Shown here: one piece after another, positions 9,672-20,569 of the stretch | Layout: every line of letters starts with the position of its first letter | Position numbering within the stretch: position 1 is the stretch's first letter | Assembly: GCA_033549025.1 (NCBI GenBank) | Contig: JAWSUS010000003.1 | Coordinates: 120,413 to 184,412 of the forward strand | DNA: 64,000 nucleotides | From: Desulfuromonadales bacterium | GTDB taxonomy: Bacteria; Desulfobacterota; Desulfuromonadia; Desulfuromonadales; SZUA-540 | Direction of reading: 5' to 3' | Translations under genes and position numbers: made by a program | The notes under the pieces: model-generated | What the model was told of the DNA's origin: nothing | The model's input: the letters and a program-made list of their open reading frames with translations, nothing else | The model's database searches: none

Positions 9672-10481
9672 TTAAGCCGTATATCCGGAACGAACACCTT
9701 CTTTGAGCGCCCTGACAAATTCCCGCACTCTCGATACCAGCTCAGGGGACTCCCCATAGGCCTCTATCACGCGGACCAGGGCGCTGCCAACCACCACGGC
9801 ATCCGCAAAGCCTGCTACCGCCCTGGCGTCATCCGGAGTCGCGATGCCGAAACCAACGGCTATGGGAACGGGGCTCTTTGCCTTCAGCTCGGCGACACTC
9901 TCAGCAATAGCGGCCGCGTCGATAGTCCTGCTTCCCGTCACCCCGGTCATGGACACGTAATACAGGTATCCTTCTGCCGTCGCCGCCAGCCTCATGGCCC
10001 GGTCGCTGGGGGTTGTCGGCGCCAGCAGGGTGATCAGATGCAGGCCGGAGGACTGAAGAGCTTCACCGATCTCTTCCGCCTCTTCGGGAGGCAGATCGAC
10101 CAGGAGAAGGCCATCGACTCCCGCCTTGGCCGCATCGGCGCAAAACCGTTCGGGACCATAGCGAAACACCTGATTGTAATAGCCCATCAACACAATAGGG
10201 ATATTGGTGTGCTGCCGTACGCGCCGGACCGACTCAAGTATTCCCGCCAGGGTCGTACCGGCGGCCAGAGCCCGCTCGGAGGAGGCCTGAATGGTCGGGC
10301 CGTCGGCCATGGGATCGGAAAAAGGTACGCCGAGTTCGATAATATCAGCGCCGGCGTCCACTAGGGCATGGATCAACTCTTCCGTCCGGGCGAGATCTGG
10401 ATCCCCTGCCGTCAGGAAGGGAACCAAAGCCCGCTCCCCCTTATTTTTCAGTTGCGCAAAGGTCGTTTCGATCCGCCCCAT
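9672..10481 (-). CDS. trpA: tryptophan synthase alpha chain
   Basis: The ORF-track start (10541) overlaps udg. ATG at 10481, 6 nt after AAAGG, gives 269 aa starting MGRIETTFAQLKNKGERALVPFLTAGDPDL, a typical TrpA N-terminus. Confidence 0.93.
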   Translation of the reverse strand: MGRIETTFAQLKNKGERALVPFLTAGDPDLARTEELIHALVDAGADIIELGVPFSDPMADGPTIQASSERALAAGTTLAGILESVRRVRQHTNIPIVLMGYYNQVFRYGPERFCADAAKAGVDGLLLVDLPPEEAEEIGEALQSSGLHLITLLAPTTPSDRAMRLAATAEGYLYYVSMTGVTGSRTIDAAAIAESVAELKAKSPVPIAVGFGIATPDDARAVAGFADAVVVGSALVRVIEAYGESPELVSRVREFVRALKEGVRSGYTA

Positions 10482-10537
10482 GGTCATCCTTTTAGCCAGA
10501 TTAAATTCCGTCAGTCTAATCGAACGCCGATTCCATT

Positions 10538-11218
10538 TCAACCGTTTTCTCCCGCAACCAGCTCCCGAACCCGACTCAGTAACTGCAGAAACATGTCGCT
10601 GGTTATGCGGCCCGTTTGTACATTATAGCGGCTGGTGTGGTAACTGGCCACCAGCACAGGTGCTCCCTCGGGCCGGTAAACGGCGCCATGGGCAAAGGGG
10701 TAACGGGAAGCGCGGTCGATAATACCCTCTTCCACCAGATGCTTGAGAAAGCTGACAAAAGCCCCCTGCCCCAGCAGGACGACAACCTTGAGGCAAGACA
10801 GGGAGGCCAGCTCCTCGGCCAGATAAGGGCGGCAGCAGGCAAACTCGTCGGCGGTCGGCTTGTTCTGCGGAGGCAGGCATTTGACGGCATTGCTGATATA
10901 GAGATCATGCAGGGTCAGACCGTCGCCGCGATGAGAAACCTCGCTTTGGTTGGCGAAACCGACCTTGTGCAGCAATGGGTACATAAAATCGCCGGCGCCG
11001 TCACCTGTAAAGGGCCGTCCCGTCCGATTGGCGCCGTGCGCACCCGGAGCCAGCCCCACCAGAAAAACCCGGGCCAGCGGGTCACCAAATCCGGGCACCG
11101 GGCGGTTCCAGTAGTCGGCGCGGTCATAACCCTTTTTGGGCGGCAGTTCGTCCATGCAGCGTCGGAGTCGACCGCAACGGGTACAGGTCAGCAACCCACG
11201 CATCTGCTCCCCTAGCAT
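10538..11218 (-). CDS. uracil-DNA glycosylase, family 4/5 (UdgB-like)
   Basis: 226 aa with an N-terminal Cys cluster (CTRCGRLRRC) and the motif GLAPGAHGANRTGRPFTGD typical of Fe-S UDG superfamily members. Confidence 0.85.
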   Translation of the reverse strand: MLGEQMRGLLTCTRCGRLRRCMDELPPKKGYDRADYWNRPVPGFGDPLARVFLVGLAPGAHGANRTGRPFTGDGAGDFMYPLLHKVGFANQSEVSHRGDGLTLHDLYISNAVKCLPPQNKPTADEFACCRPYLAEELASLSCLKVVVLLGQGAFVSFLKHLVEEGIIDRASRYPFAHGAVYRPEGAPVLVASYHTSRYNVQTGRITSDMFLQLLSRVRELVAGENG

Positions 11219-11294
11219 ATCGCCCCCCCCTGACCAAAAGTCCCGAGAGTCCAGAAAAGACCATCAAGCCCTGCGATTGGGTGCATGGTGTCCA

Positions 11295-12578
11295 TCACCC
11301 TTTAGGGGGAGCGCCCTTGTCCCCGGGCTTTTTCTTGCGGCGGCGGGGAGCGTGACGCGGCCGCTCCGACTTGCCGGGCCTGGCGGATCGCTCCGGTACC
11401 GGGGCTTTTTTGCGCGGAGGGGCCTTTTTGTAATCCCAGACAAAATCGGCCTCAACGGGGAAGTCGCTGGGAACTTTATGGCCGATATATTCCTCGATTT
11501 CCGCCAGATGGTAGACGAGCTCCTCATCGGCAAAACTGATGGCCTTGCCCAGGGCTCCCGCCCGCGCCGTGCGACCGATGCGATGCACGTAGTCTTCCGC
11601 ATCCTGCGGCAGATCATAATTGATGACGTGGGTGACGCCATCGATGTGCAGGCCGCGAGAGGCCACATCCGTCGCCACCAGGAAATTGAGACGATCTTCC
11701 TTGAAGTCCTTGAGAATGCGCATCCGCTTGTTCTGGGGGATATCGCCTGAAATCACCGCGGCCTTGAAATCATTGGCCTTGAGACGGGCGGCCAGAAACT
11801 CCGCTTCACGCTTGGTGTTGACAAAAACCACGACCCGGTCGGCCCCGGGTTCTTTTTTCAGCAGGCCAAGCAGGAGGGGAAACTTCTCGCGCTGGGCCAC
11901 ATGGTAGACAATTTGCTCCACCCGTTCGGCGGTGACCTGCTCCGGCTCGATGCGCACCTTTTCCGCCAGATTCATGAATTCATAGGCCAATTCCATCACT
12001 CGCGGCGACAGCGTGGCGGAGAACAGGAAGGTCTGCCGTTTTTCAAAGGGGGGCAACTGGCGCAAAATGTAGCGCAGATCCTTGATGAAGCCCATGTCGA
12101 ACATGCGATCGGCCTCGTCGATGACCAGGGATTCAACCTGGCGCAGGGAAAAGACCCGCTGTTTGGCATAGTCGATAAGACGGCCCGGGGTGGCGATAAT
12201 GATATCGACGCCATCCTTGAGGGCCTGCCGCTGCTTGTCGTAATCCACCCCGCCGAAGATAGGTTGCAGGACGAAAGGGCAATGAGCGCCGAGGGCTTTG
12301 GCATCCTCCCAGATCTGCACGACCAATTCGCGGGTGGGAGCGAGAATGAGGGCGCGGGGGTTGTTGCCCGTGCGCTTTTCATTCTGTAGCAGGCGGGTAA
12401 AGAGAGAAATCAGAAAGGCGGCCGTCTTGCCGGTGCCGGTCTGCGCCTGGCCGGCGACATCATTGCCCGCCAGGGCCAGGGGAATAGATTCTTCCTGGAC
12501 GGCGGTCAGTTCGGTAAAGCCGACATCCTGAATGCCTTTGAGTACAGGTTCCGGCAGGTTGAGCTCGGTAAATTTCAT
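11295..12578 (-). CDS. DEAD-box ATP-dependent RNA helicase (RhlE-like)
   Basis: 427 aa with motif I AQTGTGKTAAF, motif II VIDEADRM, SAT, motif VI HRIGRTARAG, and a basic Arg/Lys/Pro-rich C-terminal tail. Confidence 0.92.
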   Translation of the reverse strand: MKFTELNLPEPVLKGIQDVGFTELTAVQEESIPLALAGNDVAGQAQTGTGKTAAFLISLFTRLLQNEKRTGNNPRALILAPTRELVVQIWEDAKALGAHCPFVLQPIFGGVDYDKQRQALKDGVDIIIATPGRLIDYAKQRVFSLRQVESLVIDEADRMFDMGFIKDLRYILRQLPPFEKRQTFLFSATLSPRVMELAYEFMNLAEKVRIEPEQVTAERVEQIVYHVAQREKFPLLLGLLKKEPGADRVVVFVNTKREAEFLAARLKANDFKAAVISGDIPQNKRMRILKDFKEDRLNFLVATDVASRGLHIDGVTHVINYDLPQDAEDYVHRIGRTARAGALGKAISFADEELVYHLAEIEEYIGHKVPSDFPVEADFVWDYKKAPPRKKAPVPERSARPGKSERPRHAPRRRKKKPGDKGAPPKG

Positions 12579-12596
12579 GGTTTTCCTTATGGTAAT

Positions 12597-13790
12597 CTAG
12601 AGTTCGACCCCCATGGCCTCGGCTACCGTGTGAATATCCTTGTCGCCACGCCCCGAGAGGCAGACCACGATGAGGGCCTCCTTGGGCAGACTCGGCGCCA
12701 TTTTCACCACCTGGGCGATGGCATGGGAGCTTTCAAGAGCGGGGATGATCCCTTCCAACTCCGTCAGGAGGCGGAACGATTCAAGAGCCTCCTGATCCGT
12801 TATGGAAACGTACTCGGCACGGCCCAAGGCGTGTAGATGGGCGTGCTCCGGTCCTACTCCGGGGTAATCCAGGCCGGCGGAAATGGAGTGGGCGTGCTGA
12901 ATCTGGCCGTGGTCATCCTGCAGCAGAAAGGTTTTGTTGCCGTGAAGCACGCCGACGCTGCCCGCGGAGATACTGGCGGCATGTTTGTCGGTATCGACGC
13001 CCAGTCCGGCGGCCTCCACACCGACCAGGCGCACATCCTTATCCTCGACAAAGGGGTAAAACAGGCCCATAGCGTTGGAACCGCCCCCGATGCAGGCAAC
13101 GGCAATATCGGGCAGGCGCCCTTCGGCCGTCAGGATCTGTTCACGGGTCTCCCGCCCGATGACCGCCTGAAAATCACGCACGATCTGAGGGTAAGGGTGG
13201 GGGCCCGCCACGGTTCCGATGATGTAGAAGGTGTCGCGGACATGGGTCACCCAGTGGCGCAGGGCATCGTTCATGGCATCCTTGAGGGTCGCCGTGCCGC
13301 TGGTCACCCCATGCACCTTGGCACCGAGCAGTTTCATGCGAAAGACATTCAGGGCCTGACGGCGGATATCCTCCGTCCCCATGAAAACCTCGCATTCCAT
13401 TCCGAAAAGGGCAGCGACCGTCGCCGTCGCCACACCGTGCTGGCCCGCCCCTGTTTCGGCAATCACCTTTTTCTTGCCCATGCGACGCGCCAACAGCGCC
13501 TGCCCGACCGTATTGTTCACCTTGTGGGCGCCGGTGTGATTGAGGTCTTCACGCTTGAGATAGATTTTGGCGCCACCGAGATGTTCGGTCAGGCGGCTGG
13601 CGAAGTAGAGGGGGCTGGGCCGCCCGACATAGTGCTGAAGATAGTACGAAAACTCCTGCTGGAAGGAGGGGTCGGCCAGGGCCTGGCGATAGGCCTCTTC
13701 CAACTCGAGCAGAGCGGGCATCAAGGTTTCTGCGACGTAACGGCCACCGAACTGTCCAAAGTGGCCTCGTTCATCAGGGTAATGATACAT
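12597..13790 (-). CDS. trpB: tryptophan synthase beta chain (TrpB1)
   Basis: 397 aa with the PLP-lysine motif [11 protein letters not shown] and GGGSNAMG, a canonical TrpB. Confidence 0.96.
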   Translation of the reverse strand: MYHYPDERGHFGQFGGRYVAETLMPALLELEEAYRQALADPSFQQEFSYYLQHYVGRPSPLYFASRLTEHLGGAKIYLKREDLNHTGAHKVNNTVGQALLARRMGKKKVIAETGAGQHGVATATVAALFGMECEVFMGTEDIRRQALNVFRMKLLGAKVHGVTSGTATLKDAMNDALRHWVTHVRDTFYIIGTVAGPHPYPQIVRDFQAVIGRETREQILTAEGRLPDIAVACIGGGSNAMGLFYPFVEDKDVRLVGVEAAGLGVDTDKHAASISAGSVGVLHGNKTFLLQDDHGQIQHAHSISAGLDYPGVGPEHAHLHALGRAEYVSITDQEALESFRLLTELEGIIPALESSHAIAQVVKMAPSLPKEALIVVCLSGRGDKDIHTVAEAMGVEL

Positions 13791-13793
13791 GGG

Positions 13794-14435
13794 TCAATCC
13801 GTCCTTTTTTTGGCGCGGCGCACAAAAGCGGCCACCTTGTTCGGGTCCTTGCGTCCCGGTGAGCTCTCGACCCCACTGGAGACATCCACAGCGTAGGGCC
13901 GCACACGTTGGACGGCGTCAGCCACATTCTCCGGCGTCAACCCGCCGGCCAGAATGACGGGATAACGCGAAGCCGCCTCGGCCGCGAGGTCCCAATTGAA
14001 ACGATGCCCGGTGCCGCCATAGCTCCCGGCGACGTAGGAGTCGAGCAGAAAAGCCGAAACCTCATAGGCAGGCAGGGTGGACAGGCTGTTTTGGTCCTGC
14101 ACCCTGAAAGCCTTGATCACGCGATGCGGCGGCAGGACACAATCAGCCGGAGCCTCATCCCCATGAAGCTGCGCGACATCCAGACCACAGATGTCGAGGA
14201 TTTCAGTCACACGAGAGGGGTCTTCATTGACAAAGAGTCCCACCGTGGTGACAAAGGGCGGCAGCGTCGCCACGATCCGCTTCACATCCTGGGGACGCAC
14301 ACAACGGGGACTGCCCGCATAAAAAACAAAACCCAAGGCATCGGCGCCGCATCGCGCGGCCATCAGCGCATCTTCTATGCACGTGATGCCGCAGACTTTA
14401 ACCCGAACCTTCGCGTCTATGGGTTCCCCACTCAC
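13794..14435 (-). CDS. trpF: phosphoribosylanthranilate isomerase
   Basis: 213 aa with a GTG start directly after the trpB2 stop, VKVCGIT near the N-terminus, and PRAI-like sequence throughout. Confidence 0.9.
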   Translation of the reverse strand: MSGEPIDAKVRVKVCGITCIEDALMAARCGADALGFVFYAGSPRCVRPQDVKRIVATLPPFVTTVGLFVNEDPSRVTEILDICGLDVAQLHGDEAPADCVLPPHRVIKAFRVQDQNSLSTLPAYEVSAFLLDSYVAGSYGGTGHRFNWDLAAEAASRYPVILAGGLTPENVADAVQRVRPYAVDVSSGVESSPGRKDPNKVAAFVRRAKKRTD

Positions 14436-15788
14436 CTAGTCGACCTTCGGCAGATTGGCCAAAGACGCCTTGATGCTTTCTTCAGGATAATCATAATCCT
14501 TGAGCTCACCGGAAAAGTAGGCGTCGTAGGCGGCCATATCGACGTGGCCATGGCCGGAAAGGTTGAAGAGGATGGTCTTCTCCTTGCCTTCCTCCTTGGC
14601 CTGCAGCGCTTCGTCGACAGCGCCGCGGATGGCGTGACTCGACTCGGGGGCGGGAATAATCCCCTCGGTGCGGGAGAAGAGAACGGCCGCTTCAAAACAG
14701 GCCAGCTGGGGCACTGCCCTGGCATCGACGATACCGGCATGGACCAGTTGGGATACCAGCGGCGAGGCCCCATGGTAGCGCAGCCCACCGGCATGGATGC
14801 CCGGCGGCATGAAATCATGCCCCAGAGTGTACATCTTGGCGACCGGAGCCATCTTGGCGGTATCCCCATAGTCAAAGGCATAGACACCGCTGGTGAGGGT
14901 GGGACAACTCGCCGGTTCCACCGCCACCACGCGCACATCCTTGCCGTTGGCCTTGTCGGCGACGAAGGGGAAAGCGATGCCGGCAAAGTTGGAGCCCCCA
15001 CCATGGCAGCCGATGACGACGTCAGGATAGTCCCCCACCATGGCCAACTGCTCCTTGGCCTCAATACCGATGATGGTCTGGTGCAGGCACACATGATTGA
15101 GGACGCTGCCCAGGGCATAGCGGGTATCTTCATGGGTGACAGCATCCTCCACCGCCTCACTGATCGCCATGCCGAGGGAGCCATTGCTGTCCGGGTCCTT
15201 GGCCAGGATCTCACGGCCGGCGTTGGTGCGGTCTGAGGGAGAAGGGATGACCTCGGCCCCCCAGAGCTGCATCATGCTCTTGCGGTAAGGCTTCTGGGCG
15301 TAGGAAACCTTAACCATATAAACCGTACATTCGAGCCCGAACATCTGGCAGGCCAGGGAGATGGAAGAGCCCCACTGCCCCGCCCCCGTCTCCGTGGCGA
15401 TGCGGCGGGTTCCCGCCATTTTGTTGTAGTAGGCCTGAGGCACGGCGCTGTTTGGCTTGTGCGATCCGGCGGGGGAGCCCCCTTCGTATTTGTAATAAAT
15501 GCGGGCCGGCGTACCGAGTGCTTTTTCCAGACGATGGGCCCGGAACATCGGCGCCGGGCGCCAAATCTGGTAGATTTCACGCACCGCTTCCGGAATATCA
15601 ATCCAGCGCTGACTGGAAACCTCCTGCTCAATCAGCGCCATGGGAAAGATGGGCAGCAGATCATCGGGGGCCACGGGTTGCATGGTGCCCGGATGAATCA
15701 CCGGCGCCAACGGACCCGGCATGTCTGGAATAATATTGTACCACTGCTTCGGAATGCGATCTTCAGGAAGAAGAATCTTGGTCTGCAT
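14436..15788 (-). CDS. trpB2: TrpB-like PLP-dependent enzyme (TrpB2 paralogue)
   Basis: ATG at 15788 preceded by AAGGAG. 450 aa starting [25 protein letters not shown], with the GSHKPN PLP-lysine motif and the longer N-terminal region typical of the TrpB2 clade. Confidence 0.88.
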   Translation of the reverse strand: MQTKILLPEDRIPKQWYNIIPDMPGPLAPVIHPGTMQPVAPDDLLPIFPMALIEQEVSSQRWIDIPEAVREIYQIWRPAPMFRAHRLEKALGTPARIYYKYEGGSPAGSHKPNSAVPQAYYNKMAGTRRIATETGAGQWGSSISLACQMFGLECTVYMVKVSYAQKPYRKSMMQLWGAEVIPSPSDRTNAGREILAKDPDSNGSLGMAISEAVEDAVTHEDTRYALGSVLNHVCLHQTIIGIEAKEQLAMVGDYPDVVIGCHGGGSNFAGIAFPFVADKANGKDVRVVAVEPASCPTLTSGVYAFDYGDTAKMAPVAKMYTLGHDFMPPGIHAGGLRYHGASPLVSQLVHAGIVDARAVPQLACFEAAVLFSRTEGIIPAPESSHAIRGAVDEALQAKEEGKEKTILFNLSGHGHVDMAAYDAYFSGELKDYDYPEESIKASLANLPKVD

Positions 15789-15878
15789 GATATCTCCTTG
15801 AAATGACAGAGCAGGCACAGGGCCATGCCCCCATGCCGCGCCTGAACAGAAAAACAGGATCCGTCGGGCAGCCGTCGG

Positions 15879-16679
15879 TTATCCCAAAAGTTCCTCTAGC
15901 TTGCCGCCCATGTCCGCCTCGCGCATGAGCGATTCTCCCACCAAAAAAGCGCCTGCTCCCGCCCGCAGCAGGCGTTCGACGTCACCACGACTGTTGATAC
16001 CGCTTTCCGACACCACCAGCCGGCCCGTCGGCACCAGGGGCCGCAGTCGCTCCGTGGTCGCCAGATCGGTGACAAAAGTATGCAGCGAGCGGTTATTGAT
16101 GCCGATCAGCCTGCAGTCGGTCTGAAGAGCCCGCTCCAGCTCTGCTTCATCATGGACTTCCAGCAGGACGTCGAGCTGCAGTTCAGCCGCCAGGGCGGAA
16201 AACTCCTGCAACTGAGGTACGTCGAGCATGGCCGCGATCAGGAGGATGGCATCGGCGCCATAGGCCCGCGCCTCGTAAATCTGATAGGGGTCGAAGATGA
16301 AGTCCTTGCGCAGCAGGGGCAAGCTGACCTGTTCCCGAACCAGACCGAGATAATGGAGATGTCCCTGGAAAAATGTCGACTCCGTAAGAACAGAAAGACA
16401 GGTTGCTCCGTGGTCCTGATAAACTTCCGCAATCTCCAGGGGATCGAAATCAGTGCGGATTATCCCCTTGGAGGGCGAGGCCTTCTTTATTTCGGCAATG
16501 ATGGCCGTACCGCCCGACTCCGCCATGACGCCCAGCGCCTGCGCAAAGCCCCGGGGCGTGTCTTCGACCAGAGAGAGCCGGTCGAGCAGGCGTTCCAAAG
16601 GGAATTGGCTTTTGGCTGCCGCCACCTCTTCACGTTTGCGGTCGACAATTTTTTTCAGAATATCGGGGGTAGCGATCAT
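15879..16679 (-). CDS. trpC: indole-3-glycerol phosphate synthase
   Basis: The ORF-track extension to 16937 overlaps trpD. ATG at 16679 gives 266 aa starting MIATPDILKKIVDRKREEVAAAK, with IAEIKKASPSKG. Confidence 0.9.
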   Translation of the reverse strand: MIATPDILKKIVDRKREEVAAAKSQFPLERLLDRLSLVEDTPRGFAQALGVMAESGGTAIIAEIKKASPSKGIIRTDFDPLEIAEVYQDHGATCLSVLTESTFFQGHLHYLGLVREQVSLPLLRKDFIFDPYQIYEARAYGADAILLIAAMLDVPQLQEFSALAAELQLDVLLEVHDEAELERALQTDCRLIGINNRSLHTFVTDLATTERLRPLVPTGRLVVSESGINSRGDVERLLRAGAGAFLVGESLMREADMGGKLEELLG

Positions 16680-16728
16680 GAATTCATCCCGAGGACGGCG
16701 GTCGTCCAGAATATGAGCTTTTTCCAGG

Positions 16729-17778
16729 CTACTGGGCCATTTTGACCAATTTATCCAGCTTCTGCAAGGCCTGCCTCGAGTCAATGGCAGCGGCCGCCAT
16801 GGCCAGACCATCGGCCGGCGTTTCAACCTTGCCGGCAGCACACAGGGCGTAGGCAGCATTGAGCAGAACGATATCCCGTTTGGGCCCTTTTTCGCCGGAG
16901 AGAACGGCTCGTACAATTTTGGCATTACCCTGGGCATTGCCGCCGCGGAGATCTTCCATGGTGCAGCGTGTCAGCCCGAATTCCTCCGGCGTGATGCGCT
17001 TCACCTGCACACCGCTCTCGTCCACCGTGGCCACAACGGTCGCATCGGTCAGAGTAATCTCATCCATGCCATCGAGACCATGAACAACAAAACCGCGCCG
17101 GCAGCCCAGTTTATGCAGCACCCAGCCCAGGGTCTCGACCATATCCTCGCGGTAAACCCCCATAACCTGACAATCGGCTTTCGCCGGATTGGTCAACGGT
17201 CCAAGAATATTGAAGATGGTGCGAATGCCGATCTCTTTCCGGGGACCGATGGCGTGCTTCATGGCCCCATGAAGCGCCGGAGCAAAAAGAAAGCCGACAC
17301 CGATTTCATTAACACAGCGTTCGACGACATCCGGAGTGACGTCGAGGTTGACACCGAGGGCCTCCAGGACGTCGGCACTGCCGCAGGCCGACGAAACGGA
17401 ACGATTCCCGTGTTTCGCTACTTTAACACCACAGGCGGAAACGACAAAGGAAACGGTGGTCGAGATATTGAAGGTATTGGTGCAGTCTCCACCCGTACCC
17501 ACCACATCCAGGATGGTTTCCTGATCGATATTAATATCATCGCGGTCAATATCCAGGACGTTGCGCCCAACCCGGATCGGCGTCGCCCTCTCCCGCATGA
17601 CTTTAGCCGCACCGGTGATTTCATCAACCGTCTCCCCCTTCATGCGCAGGGCGGTGATAAAAGACCCGATCTGAGCCGGGGTCGCTCCTCCCGACATAAT
17701 CTGATCCATCACGTCCACCATCTCTCCCATGGTGAGATCCTGGTGTTCGACTACTTTGGCAATAGCCATTTTGATCAT
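16729..17778 (-). CDS. trpD: anthranilate phosphoribosyltransferase
   Basis: 349 aa with [16 protein letters not shown] (GTGGD motif) and KHGNRS. Confidence 0.95.
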   Translation of the reverse strand: MIKMAIAKVVEHQDLTMGEMVDVMDQIMSGGATPAQIGSFITALRMKGETVDEITGAAKVMRERATPIRVGRNVLDIDRDDINIDQETILDVVGTGGDCTNTFNISTTVSFVVSACGVKVAKHGNRSVSSACGSADVLEALGVNLDVTPDVVERCVNEIGVGFLFAPALHGAMKHAIGPRKEIGIRTIFNILGPLTNPAKADCQVMGVYREDMVETLGWVLHKLGCRRGFVVHGLDGMDEITLTDATVVATVDESGVQVKRITPEEFGLTRCTMEDLRGGNAQGNAKIVRAVLSGEKGPKRDIVLLNAAYALCAAGKVETPADGLAMAAAAIDSRQALQKLDKLVKMAQ

Positions 17779-17835
17779 GGCAACTCCTTCGGCTGAAACA
17801 GGGGAATCTTTTGTATCCCCCGGCTCGCCCTCTGG

Positions 17836-18402
17836 TCAGGTCATTTTCAGAAAATTGGCAAGCAACGTCTTACCCTCGGCCGTCAGAATGGACTCGGGAT
17901 GGAACTGCACTCCCCACAGGGGCCGCTGACGGTGTTCGAGTCCCATGATGGTGCCGTCATCCACCCAGGCGGTCACGTGCAAGCAATCCGGCAGACTCTC
18001 CCGTTCAACGATCAAGGAGTGATAACGAGTGGCCACAAAAGGATTGGACAGCCCGGCAAAGACGCCACTGTTGTCGTGCCGTATCAGGCTGGTCTTTCCG
18101 TGCATAAGCTCGGCAGCCCTGACCACCTTTCCCCCAAAAGCGTAGCCGATGGACTGATGTCCCAGGCAGACGCCGAGCATGGGGATGGAATCCGACAGCG
18201 TCTTTATCAGCTCAACCGAGATGCCCGCTTCGGTCGGAGAACAAGGTCCCGGAGAAATAACGATGCGGCGGGGCCTGAGGGCAGCAATTTCACCAATTGT
18301 TATCTGGTCGTTGCGGCGCACCACGACCTCTGCCCCCAACTCCTGCAGATACTGGACGAGGTTGTAGGTAAAAGAATCGTAGTTGTCCAGCATCAGCAGC
18401 AT
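17836..18402 (-). CDS. trpG: anthranilate synthase component II (glutamine amidotransferase)
   Basis: 188 aa with the class I GATase triad context GVCLGHQ ... VQFHPES. Its start overlaps the trpE stop. Confidence 0.92.
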   Translation of the reverse strand: MLLMLDNYDSFTYNLVQYLQELGAEVVVRRNDQITIGEIAALRPRRIVISPGPCSPTEAGISVELIKTLSDSIPMLGVCLGHQSIGYAFGGKVVRAAELMHGKTSLIRHDNSGVFAGLSNPFVATRYHSLIVERESLPDCLHVTAWVDDGTIMGLEHRQRPLWGVQFHPESILTAEGKTLLANFLKMT

Positions 18403-19880
18403 CAGTCCAGACCTCCACAGGCCATGTCAATCGCCTTGCGAACCCCCATGGCTTTATTGATTGTCTCCTGATACTCAGCCTCTGGATCCGAGTCAGCCAC
18501 GATGCCGGCGCCAGCCTGCAGATAGATTTTGCCTTCGTGCACCACCAGAGTACGGATGGCGATAGCCATATCCATATTGCCCGAAAAGGAAAAGTAACCG
18601 ACCGCACCGCCGTATATCTCGCGTCGACAGGGCTCGAGTTCATCGATTATTTCCATGGCTCTAATCTTGGGTGCCCCGGACAGGGTCCCGGCCGGAAAAG
18701 CCGCCCGAAAAACGTCGAAGGCATCCTGCCCTTCCTCCAATTGCCCACGGACGTTGGAAACAATGTGCATGACATGGGAGTAACGCTCGACCACCATCAA
18801 TTCACTGACTTCAACGGTACCAGGACGGGAAACACGACCCACGTCATTGCGACCGAGATCGACCAGCATGATGTGCTCGGCCCTTTCTTTGGGGTCTTTG
18901 AGCAATTCTTGCTCTAGGCGCCTGTCTTCTTCTGGCGTAGTCCCCCTGGGTCTGGTCCCGGCGATGGGGCGTACTTCGATACGATCCTCTTCCTTGCGAA
19001 CAAGGACTTCCGGAGAGGCGCCTATCACCATGGTGGAACCGAAGCGTAAGAAGAACATATACGGGGAAGGATTAATCGTACGAAGAGCGCGGTAGATGTC
19101 GAAGGGATCACAGACCAGATCGCCGGAAAAGCGCTGAGACAGCACCACCTGAAAAATATCTCCAGCCCGAATATACTCTTTGCACTGCTCAACAGCGGCC
19201 TGAAAGGCGCCGGCAGGGAAATTGACGTCCAGCGGACTTCCTGCAACGGCAGTCTTTGCCATCCGCGGAGCCGAGCCGACGCGAAGCTTTTCGACAAGAG
19301 CATCGACACCGGCCAGTCCCCGTCGGTAGGCGACATCGGCGTCCTCACCCGGCTGTACGTGAACATTGCAGACAACCTTGATCTTCTGACGCATGTTGTC
19401 AAAAATGAGCAATTGCTCGGTCAACATGAAGCATGAGTCAGGCGCGCCAATACACTTCGGGTTGGTATCCGGAAGACGTTCGATAAAACGAATCATATCG
19501 TAGCCGAGATAGCCGACAGCGCCACCAAAAAAACGGGGCAATTCAGGTAGGTCTACGGGTCGATAAGGTGCCAGGAATTGGCGGAGTTCATCGAGAGGAT
19601 CCGATGTCTCACCAGAACGGAGAATGGAGTCTCCCTCAAGAATCTCGAAATAATGCCCACTGGAACGAAAAACCTTGGCGGGACCACTCCCCAAAAAGGA
19701 GTATCGGGCCCACTTCTCCCCCCCCTCGATACTTTCGAGCAAAAAAGAGGTCTGACCATCATCAATTTTACGAAAGGCGGAAACAGGCGTTTCCATATCG
19801 GCGAGAATATCGCGGCAGACAGGAATAAGATTGCCTTCTCGGGTCAGGGAACGGAACTGTTCCAAAGAAGGATAATACAT
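18402..19880 (-). CDS. trpE: anthranilate synthase component I
   Basis: 492 aa with [16 protein letters not shown] and [20 protein letters not shown], motifs of chorismate-binding enzymes. Confidence 0.95.
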   Translation of the reverse strand: MYYPSLEQFRSLTREGNLIPVCRDILADMETPVSAFRKIDDGQTSFLLESIEGGEKWARYSFLGSGPAKVFRSSGHYFEILEGDSILRSGETSDPLDELRQFLAPYRPVDLPELPRFFGGAVGYLGYDMIRFIERLPDTNPKCIGAPDSCFMLTEQLLIFDNMRQKIKVVCNVHVQPGEDADVAYRRGLAGVDALVEKLRVGSAPRMAKTAVAGSPLDVNFPAGAFQAAVEQCKEYIRAGDIFQVVLSQRFSGDLVCDPFDIYRALRTINPSPYMFFLRFGSTMVIGASPEVLVRKEEDRIEVRPIAGTRPRGTTPEEDRRLEQELLKDPKERAEHIMLVDLGRNDVGRVSRPGTVEVSELMVVERYSHVMHIVSNVRGQLEEGQDAFDVFRAAFPAGTLSGAPKIRAMEIIDELEPCRREIYGGAVGYFSFSGNMDMAIAIRTLVVHEGKIYLQAGAGIVADSDPEAEYQETINKAMGVRKAIDMACGGLD

Positions 19881-19990
19881 CGGGACTCCAAGGGAAAAAG
19901 GTGGGACAAACTAGCACGAAACCAGAACCACCGTCAAGACGCGAGGCCCCAGAAGGGAGCCACCCGGTATTTTATAATCCTCCTCAACGA

Positions 19991-20020
19991 CAAAGGGCAA
20001 GGAGTCGACTCCTTGCCCTT
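19991..20020 (-). terminator. strong hairpin, probable terminator of the ribosomal super-operon
   Basis: Perfect 30-nt palindrome AAAGGGCAAGGAGTC/GACTCCTTGCCCTTT about 28 nt after the rplQ stop. Only a weak U-tract (TTTGT) follows. Confidence 0.55.
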
Positions 20021-20048
20021 TGTTACCATTCAGCAATATGCGAGGCCC

Positions 20049-20528
20049 TTAGGCCTTTTCCTCTTCTGACTCTCCCTTTTCAGGAGCAGCAGCCTCTTCC
20101 GAAACCACTTCTTCTGCCTTTACCGCGGGGGCAGCAGGAGCAGCGGCGGCTTTACGAGGACGAGGGGTAAACTCTTCTTCTACCAGCTCGACAATCGCCA
20201 TCGGAGCGTTATCACCAAGACGACTGCCGACCTTGAAGATACGGGTATAACCACCGGGGCGATCCTTGTATCGGGGCGCTACCATATCAAAAAGCTTGGC
20301 AACCGCCTTGCGCTCGCGCATAACAGCGAGAGCCTGGCGGCGGGCATGCAGATCTCCGCGTTTCCCGAGGGTGATCATCTTTTCAGCGATCTTGCGAAGT
20401 TCCTTGGCCCTGGCATCGGTAGTAGTGATCTTCTCATGCATAATGAGAGAGGTCACCATATTGCGCATCATGGCCGAACGGTGGCTGGAGTTGCGGCCAA
20501 GCCGTTTTCCAGATTTATTGTGACGCAT
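20049..20528 (-). CDS. rplQ: 50S ribosomal protein L17
   Basis: 159 aa starting [24 protein letters not shown], the last gene after rpoA, with an Ala/Glu-rich C-terminal tail. Confidence 0.95.
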   Translation of the reverse strand: MRHNKSGKRLGRNSSHRSAMMRNMVTSLIMHEKITTTDARAKELRKIAEKMITLGKRGDLHARRQALAVMRERKAVAKLFDMVAPRYKDRPGGYTRIFKVGSRLGDNAPMAIVELVEEEFTPRPRKAAAAPAAPAVKAEEVVSEEAAAPEKGESEEEKA

Positions 20529-20569
20529 TGTTTTCGGGTCCTTTCTTCTTTATTCCTCGGAAGGAGAAA

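Noticed and set aside
19881-20048. Possible trp attenuator leader peptide or T-box upstream of trpE
   Set aside because: The only candidate peptide (GTG..., MAPFWGLAS) has one Trp codon and its SD is about 15 nt away. GGGTGG resembles only part of the T-box core, and the 168-nt region is too short for a Stem I plus antiterminator. A weak TTGACG-18-TAGTTT promoter is all I can see.
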